A stretch of DNA of 64,000 nucleotides from Octopus vulgaris (lineage: Eukaryota): contig OX597835.1 of the NCBI GenBank assembly GCA_951406725.2, positions 30,318,001-30,382,000 on the forward strand. The letters are read 5' to 3'. Below are positions 1-15,609 of the stretch, one piece after another (position 1 is the first letter of the stretch; every line of letters begins with the position of its first letter). A model generated the notes under the pieces. That model worked only from the letters and a program-made list of their open reading frames with translations. It was not told the DNA's origin and searched no databases. The translations under genes were made by a program, and so were the position numbers.

Positions 1-203
1 CAGATACGTACGTACATACATGTGTGCATGCATACATACATCCGTGCATATATACATACATATATAGGTACATACAGATATACATACATGCATACAATCA
101 TACATTCATACATACACATACACATACGTCTATCCATACATCCATACATTCATACAGACGTACATACATACATGTATGCGTACATGCATAGTCCGTACAT
201 ATA

Positions 204-414
204 TATTTCTTTACTACCCAGAAGGGGCTAAACACAGAGGGGACAAACAAGGACAGACAAACGGATTAAGTCGATTACATCAACCCTAGTGCGACCCCGA
301 AAGGATGAAAGGCAAAGGCGACCTCGGCGGAATTTGAACTCGGAACGTAACGACAGACGAAATACGGCTACGCATTTCGCCCGGCGTGCTAACGTTTCTG
401 CCAGCTCGCCGCTT
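204..414 (-). mobile_element. tRNA-derived SINE, family B (head AAGGCGGCGAGCTGGCAGAAACG), internally deleted
   Basis: Reverse complement matches the copies at 26042-26274 and 57496-57727; B-box-like GAGTTCAAATTCC; ends in GGGTAGTAAAGAAATA. Confidence 0.85.
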
Positions 415-591
415 TAATATATACATATATACATACATATATCCATACAAATATATATACATACATACACACATACATCCATACATACGTATATATAAAA
501 TAAAAAAAACGAAGTACAAACTAAAAAAAAAACCTCAATGGCGTTGTACATGTAAAATATTAGCAGACGCTGAGGGGATGCATGAAATGTG

Positions 592-626
592 GTTTAACGT
601 TTCGAGCAAAGCTCTTCCTCAGGAAC
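592..626 (-). ncRNA. Minimal hammerhead-ribozyme-like motif in a short PLE-derived remnant (~500-695)
   Basis: Minus strand reads CTGAGGA-A-GAGC-TTT-GCTC-GAAA-CGTTA: HHR core boxes, 4-bp stem II, palindromic AACGTT; stem I poorly defined. Confidence 0.6.
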
Positions 627-739
627 AGAGGGAAGTCCAAAAGCAAAGGAGAACGGAGGTAAATAAATCGCCAACGATTCACATGGGGTTCATGCGTATA
701 CATATACATATACACACACAAACACACACATATATATAC

Positions 740-789
<50 letters not shown>

Positions 790-1030
790 GTATGTGTGTG
801 TGTGTGTGTGTCTGTATGTGTGAATGACTTTGTCTTTGTGTCCTTGTTTGTCCACAAGTCCTCCTACCGCTCGACAATCGCCATTCATTTTCCACAATTA
901 CTGCAACCGAGCAGTCCACAATAGAAACTGACAGAATACGTATCAAACTTGAAAAAGATAAATAAGTAGCAATTATATGTGTGTATATATATATATATTA
1001 TGTATGTGTGTGTGTATGTGTATGTGTTTA

Positions 1031-1065
<35 letters not shown>

Positions 1066-2015
1066 TCTATTTGTCCACCATAATCGCTTCACAACTGGTA
1101 TTGGTTTGTTTACATAACTTTTTGCAAAAGAGGCCGGTAAAATTAGTATCAGACTTTAAAAATAATTAGTGGTGTTGACGTTTTTAACTAAAATTCTTGA
1201 ATGCTTTGCCCGAGAATGGCCGCATTCTAATGACCGAAAGAAGTAAATATTAAAGGATATTCACAACTCTCAGTTATTTCAAAGATTTTAAGTCTAGAGA
1301 CAAAACAGCTTTGCTATTAGTTTAGTAGAAAGTAACATATATTGGTTGTTAAAGTTGGTGTAGTTTCTCTTTATTGAAGTGATAACATAAATAGAGAAAA
1401 ATAATATTGTAAGACACGGCATGAAGCGAATAGAGAAGATATGTTTGAAAGATATAGAAGAGAGAGATGAAGAGTGAAGAAAAAATAGGGAGAAAGAAGG
1501 AGGGGAGAGAGAAAGATGGAGATAGGATATATAGGTAAGAAAGAAAATAGAGGTGACAAAGCATGGGGGCGGTAACATGAGCAAGGAGTAGTTGGAGGAA
1601 AAGAGAGAAAGAAAAATGGAGGAGAAAATGCGAGGACTTTTTTTTTTCCAGTGGAATATAGTGAAAACAAAATGGCGTCCATGTTACGATGAATACGAAA
1701 ATAACAGCAGACATTTTGTAAGAGAAAGAAGGCAGAAAGTCGTATAACGAAAAGAGGAGACGAAAGAAACGACGACGTGAGAAGGAGAGACACGGAGAGA
1801 CAGACAAATAGAGGCAGAGAGAGAATTAGAGAGAGATGAAAGAGGAGAGGAAATGATAGTAAGATGGAAGGTGAATGACCTCAGAAAAAGATGAGATACG
1901 GTCAGACAGTTATATATCTATGTATATATATATTTTACATATATGTATATCTATATTTTGATATATATACATACTATATATAAACAAATATATGCATGTA
2001 TGCTTATATAGTATG

Positions 2016-2056
<41 letters not shown>

Positions 2057-2403
2057 TACAAATATAGAGACACATATATATGCATACATGTATGTATATA
2101 TACATACATAGACAATTATCTATGAACGTATATATATTTTTGTTTACTTTGATGTATTTGAAGTTTTATTTGTATTAAAACATTTGAACATGGACAGGAA
2201 GTGATGTTTTGGATGAAAAAGTAATATAGTTTCAATGATCGTGTGACAATATCACGTGTCATTCATGTAGTGAAAGGAAAACAAACATATGACTTCAGAA
2301 AAAACACAAAAAAAGCGAACTTTGTAAAGATTGTGGTACAACTATAAATAGGGAGAATTTACACACTCACACGCATACACACGCACGCACATGCACGCAT
2401 GCA

Positions 2404-2449
<46 letters not shown>

Positions 2450-2516
2450 TAAATATATATACATATTTATATATATATGTACATGCATATATATATATAC
2501 ATGTGTATATATATAC

Positions 2517-2547
<31 letters not shown>

Positions 2548-2676
2548 CATGCATATATATATACATATGTATATATATACATATATATATACATGTATAT
2601 ACACATACACACACATATATATATACATGTCTATATATATATACATACGCATTATACATGTATACATATTGTACAT

Positions 2677-2711
<35 letters not shown>

Positions 2712-2750
2712 GCATATATATACCTATATACATACATATATATACACAAT

Positions 2751-3003
2751 GTGGAAGCGCGTGGCTTAGTGGTTAGGGTGTCAGCATCATGATCGTAAGA
2801 TTGTGGTTTCGATTCCTGGACCGGGCAACGCGTTGTGTTCTTCAAGATTTCACATTGCTCCAGTCCACTCAGCTGGCAGAAATGAGTAACGCTGCGATGG
2901 ACTGGTACCCCGTCCAGCTGTGGAACACATACGCCATAGAAACTGGGAAACCGGGCCCATGAGCCCGGCTAGGCTTTAAAAGGGCGCATTTATTATTTAT
3001 TAT
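2751..3003 (+). mobile_element. tRNA-derived SINE (head D + tail X)
   Basis: A-box TGGCTTAGTGG, B-box GTTTCGATTCC; GCGATGGACTGG...CCGTCCAG segment shared with 11922-12232; ends in TTA-like repeats. Confidence 0.8.
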
Positions 3004-3199
3004 ATATACACAATATATATATATATATATATATATTTTATTATGGTGCATTATGATATAGATCTTCCGCTGTTGTGTTGGTAGCCCTGACACAGTTGTA
3101 ATACCATGTTTATAACCTCCCCATTTTTATAATGTTATGTGCTTTGTATACATATTTTGTGACCAAATATGATTCCTTTGATGTCTAATTCTTCCTTAT

Positions 3200-4080
3200 T
3201 TCTTTCAGAACTATTTGTGCAGGTGCAAAGTGGCTTCTGTGACAAGTTCTTCCTAGACGTGTGAAATGGCAACATCTTCTTCAGGTATTTCATCGCACAG
3301 GTTAAGAAAATATTTTCTTGTGATCCTTTCTGGCACCATTTCCAATCATATCATGGTAGCCAAACTACCCTCGAATCGGCAAGCTTTAAGTGTTTTTTTC
3401 TACAATCTTACAACGAAGGAAATTGCAGCATTAGTGATTCAAGAAGTTTCAATTTTTTGGCAAAAGCACGATCTCCTACGAGAAGAACTGACCACTGTGT
3501 TGATAAGATACTCAAACTCGACGATGACTGGAAAATTTTACAGAAAAAATTGACTAGAACTGCAGGCAAGGAAAAAGAAACAAACAGAACTTTTTGCGAA
3601 AATGATGAACGATCTGTTTGACATAGCTTATTCAGTTGCTTTGGGACAGATGAAAATTGAAGAGGATAAGAAGTTCTAAATGCTTCAGTGCCAAAACAGA
3701 CGACATGGCGCCATGACTGGTGTAGGTCAAAAACTAAAGCACAAGGAAGAAAGAGCGCTGAAGCGCACTTCAAATGAAACTGCCGGGGAAAAAATGGTCT
3801 TATGAAGAAAAAGAGCAACATTTTGCTACTCATCAGTTTGTGACATCAGAAACTGATGATTCAACATCAAGCAGCCAAAGAAAGAGGTGTCAAACGCTTT
3901 AAGGATTACAATAACGTTCTCACAAAAGATGAAACTGAGAACACTTTGTTTTACAGATAGTTACCGAAAACTGTAAAACATAACCAACTGCCACTAAATA
4001 TGCACAAATAATGTTCAATATTCAGCGTTCATTGTTCACATTGTTTTTGAGTCTACAGAAATTATTGTTGTAAATAAAAA
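3200..4080 (+). pseudogene. Decayed, internally deleted DNA-transposon transposase (tentatively hAT/hATm-like)
   Basis: N-terminal piece KLPSNRQALSVFFYNL...LVIQEVSIFWQK (3266-3553) and C-terminal piece ERGVKRFKDYNNVLTKDE (~3878-3935), with frameshifts and stops; superfamily assigned from recalled motif similarity only. Confidence 0.55.
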
Positions 4081-4111
4081 TGTGTTTCTCGTAAAGAAGT
4101 TGTGTACTTTA

Positions 4112-4157
<46 letters not shown>

Positions 4158-4158
<1 letters not shown>

Positions 4159-4372
4159 TAAGCACCACCAGCTCAAATATTTTCTCCTCTGTCTTCCCTC
4201 CTTGGGACCTTTCCTTCTCCTTGTTTCCGACGAAGAGCTCCGCTCGAAACGTTAAGCCCTCCTTCCCTTCTTTCCTGAGCGTCAATAATACTTTAATTGT
4301 TCCACGTCCTGCGTTGGTGTGTTTTTTTTTCTCTTTTTTTCTCTTTTTTTCTGTGTTTTCTTATTTGGATTA

Positions 4373-4378
<6 letters not shown>
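4158..4378 (+). mobile_element. Short PLE-derived remnant with HHR-like motif (4223-4257)
   Basis: CCGACGA-A-GAGC-TCC-GCTC-GAAA-CGTTA; flanked on both sides by (TA)n; homologous to 58500-58685 and related to 15131-15260 and 42535-42810. Confidence 0.65.
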
Positions 4379-5040
<662 letters not shown>

Positions 5041-5420
5041 AATATATAAAAAATTCTCTTACTCTTTAACATTTTCTCATCTCCATTTTTCACAATTTTT
5101 TTGAGTTATTATGGGATACCTTTCTATAAATTCTCATAACACACCATTTACAAGAATTAGTTTGATATTCGCAAACTTACGCCTAGTAAAATATAAAACA
5201 AAATATGAAGAAACTATATTAGAAATCGTGTTTTTGAAATCCTCCAAATTTAAGGACGAAATATAATTCAACCTTTTCACATACACACACACACATATGT
5301 ATGCACATATACATATACAAACGCGCAGATACGCACGTGTGTAGGGGATTCCTTTGTTTTTTTATTGTGACGCATAAAGTTCGGGAACCAAGTACAGAAG
5401 TTTTTACATCTGCGTACCTA

Positions 5421-5478
<58 letters not shown>

Positions 5479-5769
5479 TGGTGTCTCTCTCTCTCCCTCT
5501 CACTATCTCTTTTTTTCCTCTCGGTATATATACATACATAGACACATACATATTGCACACACATACACACACACACGCACATATATATATATATGCATGT
5601 ATATTAAATAAACATATATATAGTATATTTATATGTATGTATATATGTGGATAGCTAGCTAGAAAGACAGAGATAGACACACATATCACACATATACATA
5701 CACACACACACATGTGTGTGTGTTTGAGCTATTCCTGTCTGTCTATCTGTATATCTATCTATCTATCTA

Positions 5770-5815
<46 letters not shown>

Positions 5816-5831
5816 TATATGTATTTGTCTA

Positions 5832-5876
<45 letters not shown>

Positions 5877-6538
5877 ACATGTGTGTCTGCGTATATGTGA
5901 GTGTGTGTATGTATGTATATATCTTTTTCTACACTTCGTCGCTGCTGTTGAATACGAAAACGTAAACACAAGAATCGGTTTAATGTCTCCCCAGGCAACC
6001 ACGTAGAAACGATACCTAAATGGCTATGACCATTCTCAGACTCAGGAAGAGAGGCTCCAGCTGCAAATATGATAGCTTCTTAAACGTTCTTGGACCGGCT
6101 TGGACGTCTCCACCCTCGAAGACGACATGTCACGTGCTTAGCTGGGGATGACAACAGCTCAGGGCAGGAACTACCCTTAAATAATAATAAACAATGCAAA
6201 ATCACACGCACACTCACACACACATAGACACGCGAATACAAGCGCATGCACACAAAACAAATTGCATACGCATTTAAACATACATTCGTCTCTCGCGCGT
6301 ATTTCATATTCATGTGCTGGTTGCAGTTATTGGACGGCAGCCATGCTGGAGCAACACATGAAATCGGTTATCCAGATTCCATGTCGTATAATCTAACCGA
6401 CATGACATCCCCACGAAAGGGATGCCAGTCCGTTGCAAGGTTCAAAGGTAGCAATTTGGAAGGGTGATAGCCTGTCGATTACTTCGACCCCACTAATTCA
6501 CTGACACTTTATTTTATCGACCCTGAAACGTTGCTATA

Positions 6539-6722
6539 CGAGTGGATGCTGAAAAGTTCCTGCGCTTACGGGTATCGCGGAAGGCTTAGAAAAACTGGCT
6601 TAGAAAAACTGAAGAACGCTGCCATAAGTGTGTGAATCTGAGAAGGGAAAATCTTGAATAAAAACTGGCCCACCTCTATTTTTCTTTTGCGCAAACACAG
6701 GAACATTCCAACCCCGTTCGTA
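6539..6722 (+). mobile_element. Mariner-derived MITE-like remnant
   Basis: TA|CGAGTGGATGCTGAAAAGTTCCTG ... CAGGAACATTCCAACCCCGTTCG|TA degenerate TIRs; internal RCHKCVNLRRE-like mariner C-terminus; same family as 13070-13290. Confidence 0.55.
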
Positions 6723-6962
6723 CGTGTATGTATATGCGTGACTTTGTGAGTGTGTATCCACCCACCACCCATTACTTCTTGACAACTGTATTGGTGTATT
6801 TACGTCCCCGTAAATTAACGGTATGAATTAAGAGAAGGATACTACGAGTACCAGGTTAAAAAAATTATAACGTAATCTGTTCGATTCACTCGACTAAAAT
6901 TCTTCAAAAAGGTTCTCCTGCATGGCCGCAGTCTAATGACTGAGAGAAGTAAGATATAAAAT

Positions 6963-7642
<680 letters not shown>

Positions 7643-7678
7643 GTATAAATATATAATACATCTGTATATGTATATGTA

Positions 7679-7745
<67 letters not shown>

Positions 7746-7765
7746 TATATAATATATATATTATA

Positions 7766-7812
<47 letters not shown>

Positions 7813-7878
7813 GCATATATATAAGTATATATATACATACATATATATATATATATACATATATATATGTATATATAT

Positions 7879-7943
<65 letters not shown>

Positions 7944-8460
7944 TAACAATGATGTATAAGCTCCAATTCCTTACGGCCGTTTCGAGTGATTCCTTTAAAT
8001 CATAAGTGAAAGCATTCCACCATTACGAAAAAACCGTTCTCACCTCGCATAGACTTCAAGTATAAAGGACAAGTTAGATATCTAAACACACTCATATCAA
8101 TAAAGTGCAAATATTTACAATGATTCTGCTGCTAAATGTTTGGCAGAATGAAAAAAAGGGACAGTACAGCGACAAACAAACCAGAAATAAGCATAGGCTA
8201 TAGTGTGTGTGTGTGTGGGGGGGGGTGAACGGGTTTAGTGACCCCGTAATCTACACACACGCTACTCCCATTTTTCTTTGTCTTTGATATTTAGTTGCTG
8301 TTTGCTCTGAAGAAGATTGTTATGAGCTAGTGGCTTCCTATACTTTCAGTCGCTCAGTCGATTGATCCATGAGATCGAATCATGAACGGATACAAACGCA
8401 AATCTGAAGCAGCTTTGAGTCTATAATAAATTAATAATTATATATCACCTACTATCTCTG

Positions 8461-8493
<33 letters not shown>

Positions 8494-9434
8494 TGTATGT
8501 ATGTATGTATGTATGTATGTATGTATGTGCGTGTGTATATATGTATATATGTATGTATATTTGTGTGTATGTAATGTATATACAAACACATTTTTAGAAT
8601 AGCAGGCTTAATATCAGGGACATTAAGCTGCTATTTTTGGAAGAAGCGACTTGGAGTCAACTTACGTTTTTTCTCTCGCAATTGTCAAAATCCAGAAACT
8701 CATAATCGACCATAAATAAGATCAAAGACATTCCAGCCATAGCACTCCCATCTTATTTGTTCAGTCACAGTATATATAGGGCAACATTGTTCAATGTGTC
8801 CTTGATTTTTTAAACAGGGTAGGGTGTGATTGAGTGAGATTTTAACTGCGATGACAGCGGCTAGGAAGGCTTTCCCAGGTTCCGAATAACGGCAAACTCA
8901 TTAGATACGCGAGCTCCACCTGGGAGTAAATATTAACTCAAACAATTCGGCAGTTCTAAAGACAAATAAAACACACATACATACATACATACATACATAC
9001 ATACATAAAATACATACATACGTATATATATATAGAGAGAGAAAGAGATAGATAGATGGATGGATAGATAGATACATATAGATATAGATATAGATATATA
9101 TATATATGTGTGTATATATATATTTATATATATGTATATATGTATATATAGATATATATATGTGTGTGTATGTGTGTGTATACACGTATATATATATATA
9201 TATGTATTTGAGTGAAACGGTTTTAAGTGTCTTACTCCGTCACGAGCCGACTTCTACCATATGAAAATATACACAAATATATATACATACATGCAAACAC
9301 ACATACACACATATATACATGCATGCATCCATGGACATACATACACAGATATTTATATATATATATATATGTATATATTTGTATATATATATATTCATAA
9401 ATATATATGTGCATGTGTTTATCTATGTTTGTGC

Positions 9435-9480
<46 letters not shown>

Positions 9481-9819
9481 TTATATATAATATTCATATT
9501 CATATTCATAAAGTGTTTCGCAGTAATGGCTTGTGGATGTGGGTTAGTTATGTTTGTTTGACTTCTAAGGAATTCACAATCAAAGTGATTATACATCGAG
9601 TGACGAGTGTATATATGTTTATAGAAAGGTCACCAATTTTAAGTTTGGAATAAAGATTAAACCAATGAATCTCATGTCAATGGAGATATTTAAAACATAT
9701 GCAAAACGCAGATGGCATTGTAATTTAAATGGAAATCTGGGAGGTGTGTAGGATTTCACTGGAGTATATTTAATATGGCGAAATGAGAGTGTATGGGTGA
9801 TTGTTGTGTGCGCGCGTGC

Positions 9820-9878
<59 letters not shown>

Positions 9879-10134
9879 TATATATTTGTATATAAATATA
9901 TATATTCATATATATATTTACATACAAATAAACATCCATTTGCATATATATATATATGTTTATATATATACACACACACACATATATATATATATACATA
10001 CATGTACATATGTGAACACAGTCACATCAACGTCATTATATTTTCGGTATGTATTAGTTCACTACGATATATATATACACACTACTGTGTATATATATAT
10101 ATATATATACACACAGACATATACACACACACAC

Positions 10135-10167
<33 letters not shown>

Positions 10168-11068
10168 TATATATATACATGTATATATATATGTACATAT
10201 ATACACACACACTGAGAGTGTGTGCGAGACATTCTTTTCAGTACATATTTGTACAATACTTACGTACATACATACATACATACATACATACACACACACA
10301 CATACATACATACATACATACATACATACATACATACATACCCACACATACATACATACATACACACACAAATACATACATACTTACCTACATACAAGCA
10401 CAAACACATATATAAGTAAATATTTGCGTTTGTGTGTGTGTATGTGTGGCTCTGATTCCGGGTGTTTGCGCGTGAAGGGCGCGCGTGCACCACCGTCTTT
10501 GTGTGAACGTTCGTGCTTTTGTCATTAAGGTATGCAGTCTTAGATCATAATATCATCGATATGGCACCCAGATCGCTTGACGTGTTGAGTATCGGACAAT
10601 GCATACCAGTTTCAAACTGCTTCTCTGTACTCATCTGAAAAGGAGCTCAATTCGAATGCTGATGTGGATCTCTCTCCTTCCAACTGTGATATTTTCAAAA
10701 TTTTACTAGTTCAAGTATGGGAGAACAGAGAGAGAGGGAGAGAGAAAGAGAGAGCGGGGGAAAGAAAGAAAAAGAGCATTCCGTCAGCCCTTATCATCCC
10801 TAGCAAACAATTAGCAAATGCGAGGTAGGACCTGGTTCAAGGCACAATAGTCAGGAGCCCTATGTTATGGGGAAAACGATATAATCAGTCAATATCTCGG
10901 TTCGATCTTCGTGTAGTAGCTTCCTACCATCTTATTTCTGGCCAATGTCACTTACGTGATGCATATTTCTGCGCCAAACATCCTGCGACGTACGTACGTA
11001 CGTATGTATGTATGTATGTATGTATGTATGTATGTATGTATGTATGTATGCATGTATGTACGTACGTA

Positions 11069-11611
11069 CGAGGGTGAGTCAGAAAAGTAATGCTATTTTG
11101 TTTAGGACAGGTATAATTACCAACACAGTAACATGTATCAAACATTAAAATGAAGCTGGTCCTCTGTGGATCATGCCCCTACTTCTCAACATAGTCACCG
11201 CTTCTCTCAATACCAATGTTCCACATTCGAATGAGAGCATGTATCCCTGCCTCGTAAAATTATGTTGACTGTTTTTTGAGCCACTTCTTCACTACAAATT
11301 CAGAGAGAACACCTTCTGTCGAAGGTGATGAGACATGAGTTCATCATTATGAACCGGAATCAAAGAGGCAGTCAATGGAATGGCGCCACTCTACGTCACA
11401 ACCATCGAAAAAGTTTAAGACGCAAAAGTCAGCAGGAAAAATCATGGCAACTGTCTTTTGAGATGCTCAAGGTGTCTTTCTGGTCGATTTCTTGCCAAAA
11501 AAAAAAAAAATAAGCTCATAATAAGCTTCATTTTTATGTATGATACATGTTCCTGTACTGGTAATTATACCTGTCCTAAACAGAATCGCATTACTTTTTG
11601 ACTCACCCTCG
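11069..11611. mobile_element. Rearranged non-autonomous mariner with ~88-bp inverted ends
   Basis: TA|CGAGGGTGAGTCA...TGACTCACCCTCG|TA; minus strand VKKWLKKQ..FYEAGIHALIRMW..GDYVEK*; plus strand GDET*VHHYEPESKRQSMEW...SAGKIMATVF*D. Confidence 0.9.
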
Positions 11612-11921
11612 TAAGATCTCTACAGATTTTGGTTATTAGAAAGCTTCCGATAAGGAAGAAGCTGGATTGTAGCCAACAAAAAATACCTCAAGCTGCTGGA
11701 TTGTAGATAACAAAAGACGATGTTATATCCTGAACTTGGGAAAATTCTTGCATATTTTACTGTTCCACTTAAATCTTGTATTTGTAAAGTCCGAGTTGAT
11801 TCGTTGATTTCTTTTTCTTAAAGCAGAATATCACTTAGGTATTTATTTACGAAACCAAGTGTAATTATGTATGCGGGTATAATGTGTGTATGTGTTTATA
11901 TGAATACATGTATTTATGCGT

Positions 11922-12232
11922 TGGGGTGCAATGACCAAGTGGTTAGGGCTACGGACTTGCGGTCGGAGGATCACCGGTTTCGATTCCCAGGATCACCGGT
12001 TTCGATTGCGTGTGTTTATTGAACGAAAACACCTAAAAACTCCTCGAAGCTCCGGCAGGGGGTGGTGGTGACCCCTGTTGTACCCTTTCGCCCCAACTTT
12101 CTCTCACTCTCTCTTCCTGTTTCTTGAGTAACGTTGCGATGGACTGGCGTCCCGTCCAGCTAGGGGGAACATATACGCCACAGAAACCGGGAAACCGGAT
12201 CCATGAGCCTGGCTAGGTTTGAAAAGGGCGAC
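11922..12232 (+). mobile_element. tRNA-derived SINE (head C + tail X)
   Basis: 5' ~200 nt match 13648 ff.; 3' ~105 nt match 2884-2990; small internal duplication of GGATCACCGGTTTCGATT. Confidence 0.8.
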
Positions 12233-12447
12233 GTTTATGTATCCATGCAGGCATGCATACATGTTTGCTTGTGTGTGTGTGTATACACACACACATATAG
12301 GAAAACTATACATACACAAACACATATATTTATGCATGTAAATATACTCAAGGAGAGAGAAAGAGAAAAAGAAAGATATAGAGAGGGATGGGAGATAATA
12401 CTATATTATATATGCGAGTCTGTGTATGTATGCCTGTATATATGTAT

Positions 12448-12532
<85 letters not shown>

Positions 12533-13069
12533 GCAATACATATATATATGTGTGTGTGTGTGTGCGTGTATGTGAATATATATATATATACATAGACACA
12601 CATTAGTTTAGATGTGTAAGTATGCAAATGTGTAGATATCCGCATGTGCATGTATCGAGTGTAGTATATATATATAAGTGTTTCGTACGCGTAAGAGAAA
12701 TAAACAGAAGGTGGACAAAAAAATGTCAATATACGGCAAAGGATGAGAATTAGCACTAAACAATGTAAATAACGTAGATGTCAGAACAACCGCCTGCAGC
12801 ACACCATCACGCCATTAAGACAAGTGGCCCTATCGGCTATATGGAGAGGAAGAAGATCCCTGGTGCTGTTGAATTAAATGAATCTGGAGCTACCATCCAA
12901 CAGCTGGTGTAAGTACCGATATTTGTATCAACAAATCCGAACGTAATGAATAACCTGATAGGTTCTAACGAGTATATATTTGTGCGTGTATGTGTGATTG
13001 TGTAGGTGTGTGTGTATAAATACATGTATATATACATACATACTTATATACATATATACATATATTTAG

Positions 13070-13290
13070 AAGAGGGTGCTGAAAAGTTCCTGGTTTTGAG
13101 TAAAAGAAAATACAGTATCAGAGTTAATGATGATTTTATTCAACGTATTCCCCTCTCAGATTGACACACTTATTGCAGCGGTCCTTCACATTATTTTAAG
13201 CCCTGCAAAAGAACTCGGAAGATTGTCCCCCTCCAATAAGGCCTTTCACCGTATCCTTCAAGCCAGGATCTTTCCAGCAGCCCCACCTTG
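13070..13290 (-). mobile_element. Mariner 3' end fragment
   Basis: TIR-like GAGGGTGCTGAAAAGTTCCTGG; minus strand encodes DRCNKCVNLRGEYVE* (mariner C-terminus). Confidence 0.7.
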
Positions 13291-13381
13291 TGTGTATATA
13301 TATATACATATATGGGGGGTGGGGTATGTGTGTGTTTGTGTATACACACACAAACAAAATACATAGTGAAAAGAAGTTATT

Positions 13382-13460
<79 letters not shown>

Positions 13461-13462
<2 letters not shown>

Positions 13463-14268
13463 CGCAGGAGTGGCTGTGTGGTAAGTAGTTTGCTTACCAA
13501 CCATATGGCTCCGAGTTCATTCCCACTGCGTAACACCTACGGCAAGTGTCTTCTACTATAGCCTCGAGCCGACCAAATCCTTGTGTGTGGATTTGGTAAA
13601 CGGAAACTGAAAGAAGCCTGTTGTATATATGTATGTATATATGTATAGTGGAGGCGCAATGGCCCAGTGGTTAGGGCAGCGGACTCGCGGTCGGAGGATC
13701 GCGGTTTCGATTCCCAGACCGGGCATTGTGAGTGTTTATTGAGCGAAAACACCTAAAGCTCCACGAGGCTCCGGCAGGGGATTGTGGTGAACCCTGCTGT
13801 ACTCTTTCACCACAACTTTCTCTCGCTCTTTCTTCCTGTTTCTCTTGTACCTGTATTTCAAAGCGCCTGCCTTGTCACTCTGTGTCACGCTGAATCTCCT
13901 CGAGAACTACGTTAAGGGTACACGTGTCTGTGGAGTGCTCAGCCACTTCCACGTTAATATCACGAGCAAGCTGTTCCGCTGATCGTATCAGCTGGGACCC
14001 ACATCGTCGCAACCGACGGAGTGCTCCTACTATATGTATATATGTATGTATGTATGTGCATATGTTTGTGCGTCTGTTTGTCCCTCCAACATCAATTGAC
14101 AACCGATGGTGATGTGTTTAAGTCCCCATAACTTAACGTTTCGGTAAAAGAAACCGATAGAATAAGCACTAGGCTTACAAAGAATAGGTCCTGTGGTCGA
14201 TTTGCTCGACAAAAGGCGGTGCCCCAACATGGCCGCAGTCAAATGACTGAAACAAGTAAAAGAGAGTA
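13461..14268 (+). mobile_element. SINE family A split by a nested SINE
   Basis: 5' half 13461-13622 and 3' half ~14070-14268; the nested element lies in the internal microsatellite. Confidence 0.85.
13648..14027 (+). mobile_element. tRNA-derived SINE (head C + tail Y), nested
   Basis: A-box TGGCCCAGTGG, B-box GTTTCGATTCC, tRNA-like GGACTCGCGGTC arm. Confidence 0.85.
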
Positions 14269-14730
14269 TATATGAGTAACAAAGCTGTACATGCATCAAT
14301 ATACATACTCACACAAAATTACTCTGCTGTGTGTTAGTGTACTCGTTGTGCTCAAGAGAAACAATATCAGTATAAAATACCAACCTGTTGATCATACTTA
14401 ATGTACATACATAATGGGAAGCCAAATTTACTGCGTTCTTCCGCCTAAACGTTTTAAAAGAGATATCTTCTCTGAAGGACGTAAATTTGGTATAGTTGGC
14501 GATATATCTGCATCAAGTATGGTGCATACATACATACAAACATACATGTCTAATTCATTGCACTGCAGTAATGCAGGTAAACTTCCTTGAATTGTTTTAA
14601 CCGAAAGAATCAGCCTCAGTCCTTAGATATTTTTATAACTGGTATTTATTTTATCGGTCTCAAAAGGCGTTGGAGAGCAAATGCAAAGAAGGTCGCACAC
14701 ATATACACACACACACACACATATATATAT

Positions 14731-14888
14731 ACGACGGGCTTCCTTCAGTTTCCCTCTACTAAATCTACTCACAACGCTTCGGTTGGTTCGATGCTATACA
14801 AGACACGTGCCCAAGGCGCCACACTGCGGAACTGAACCTGGAAGCTTGTGCTTGTGAAGCAAATTTCTTAGCCGGCAACTACGCCAGT
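14731..14888 (-). mobile_element. SINE family A 5' half, diverged
   Basis: Reverse complement of the family A head (CTTCAGTTTCC..CCCAAGGCGCCAC). Confidence 0.7.
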
Positions 14889-14994
14889 ATCCATATGCAA
14901 CAAACACGCACACGCACACACAAACGAACACATACACACACATATACATGCATAAATATATGTATTTCCATATATGTGCATGCACGTATATTTA

Positions 14995-15063
<69 letters not shown>

Positions 15064-15130
15064 GATAGATTGATATCTAGAGAGAGAGAGCTAGATACAT
15101 AGATATTTAGATACATCCATACATTTATAT

Positions 15131-15260
15131 GTCGAAGAGCGTAGGCTCGAAACGTAAAAGACTTGTTCTATTTCTATTCCTGAGCGCCATACTAATACAT
15201 TTGTTTGTTTGTACTCCACCTGCCTTCGTCTTTTGTTTATTTTCGTAAACCTTCCCATTT
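15131..15260 (+). mobile_element. PLE-derived remnant with 5'-truncated HHR motif
   Basis: GAAGAGC-GTAG-GCTC-GAAA-CGTA followed by TTCCTGAGCG..TAATAC, also seen at ~4272 and ~58599. Confidence 0.55.
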
Positions 15261-15381
15261 ATATATGTATATATATAAGCACACGTGTGTATGTATGTTT
15301 GTATGTATGTATGTATGTATGTATGTATGTATGTATGTATGTGTGTATGTGTGCGTGTGTTTGTGTGTATACACACACATA

Positions 15382-15609
15382 CAACCTCGACCCACAAGAA
15401 TAAACAAGAGAGACAGAGACAGGCAGAAACAAGGAAAATGACCCTTGTATGTGAATACTATGCAAATATTCTTTTAAAAAACTTTTCATTTAATTTTCCC
15501 AAAATTTAATTGTTTTGCATACTTACAGTCGAAAAAGTCTCAATGACCGAAACCGGTACTGAAATGTTTTTTATAAAATTATTTTAGCATTTTCTACCTT
15601 AACATTTTC

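Noticed and set aside
10607-10634. Minus-strand 28-nt micro-exon (CTCCTTTTCAG|...|GTATGC)
   Set aside because: Too short, not frame-preserving, and expected by chance
13648-13720. tRNA gene
   Set aside because: The tRNA-like head continues into a SINE body shared with 11922; no proper acceptor stem
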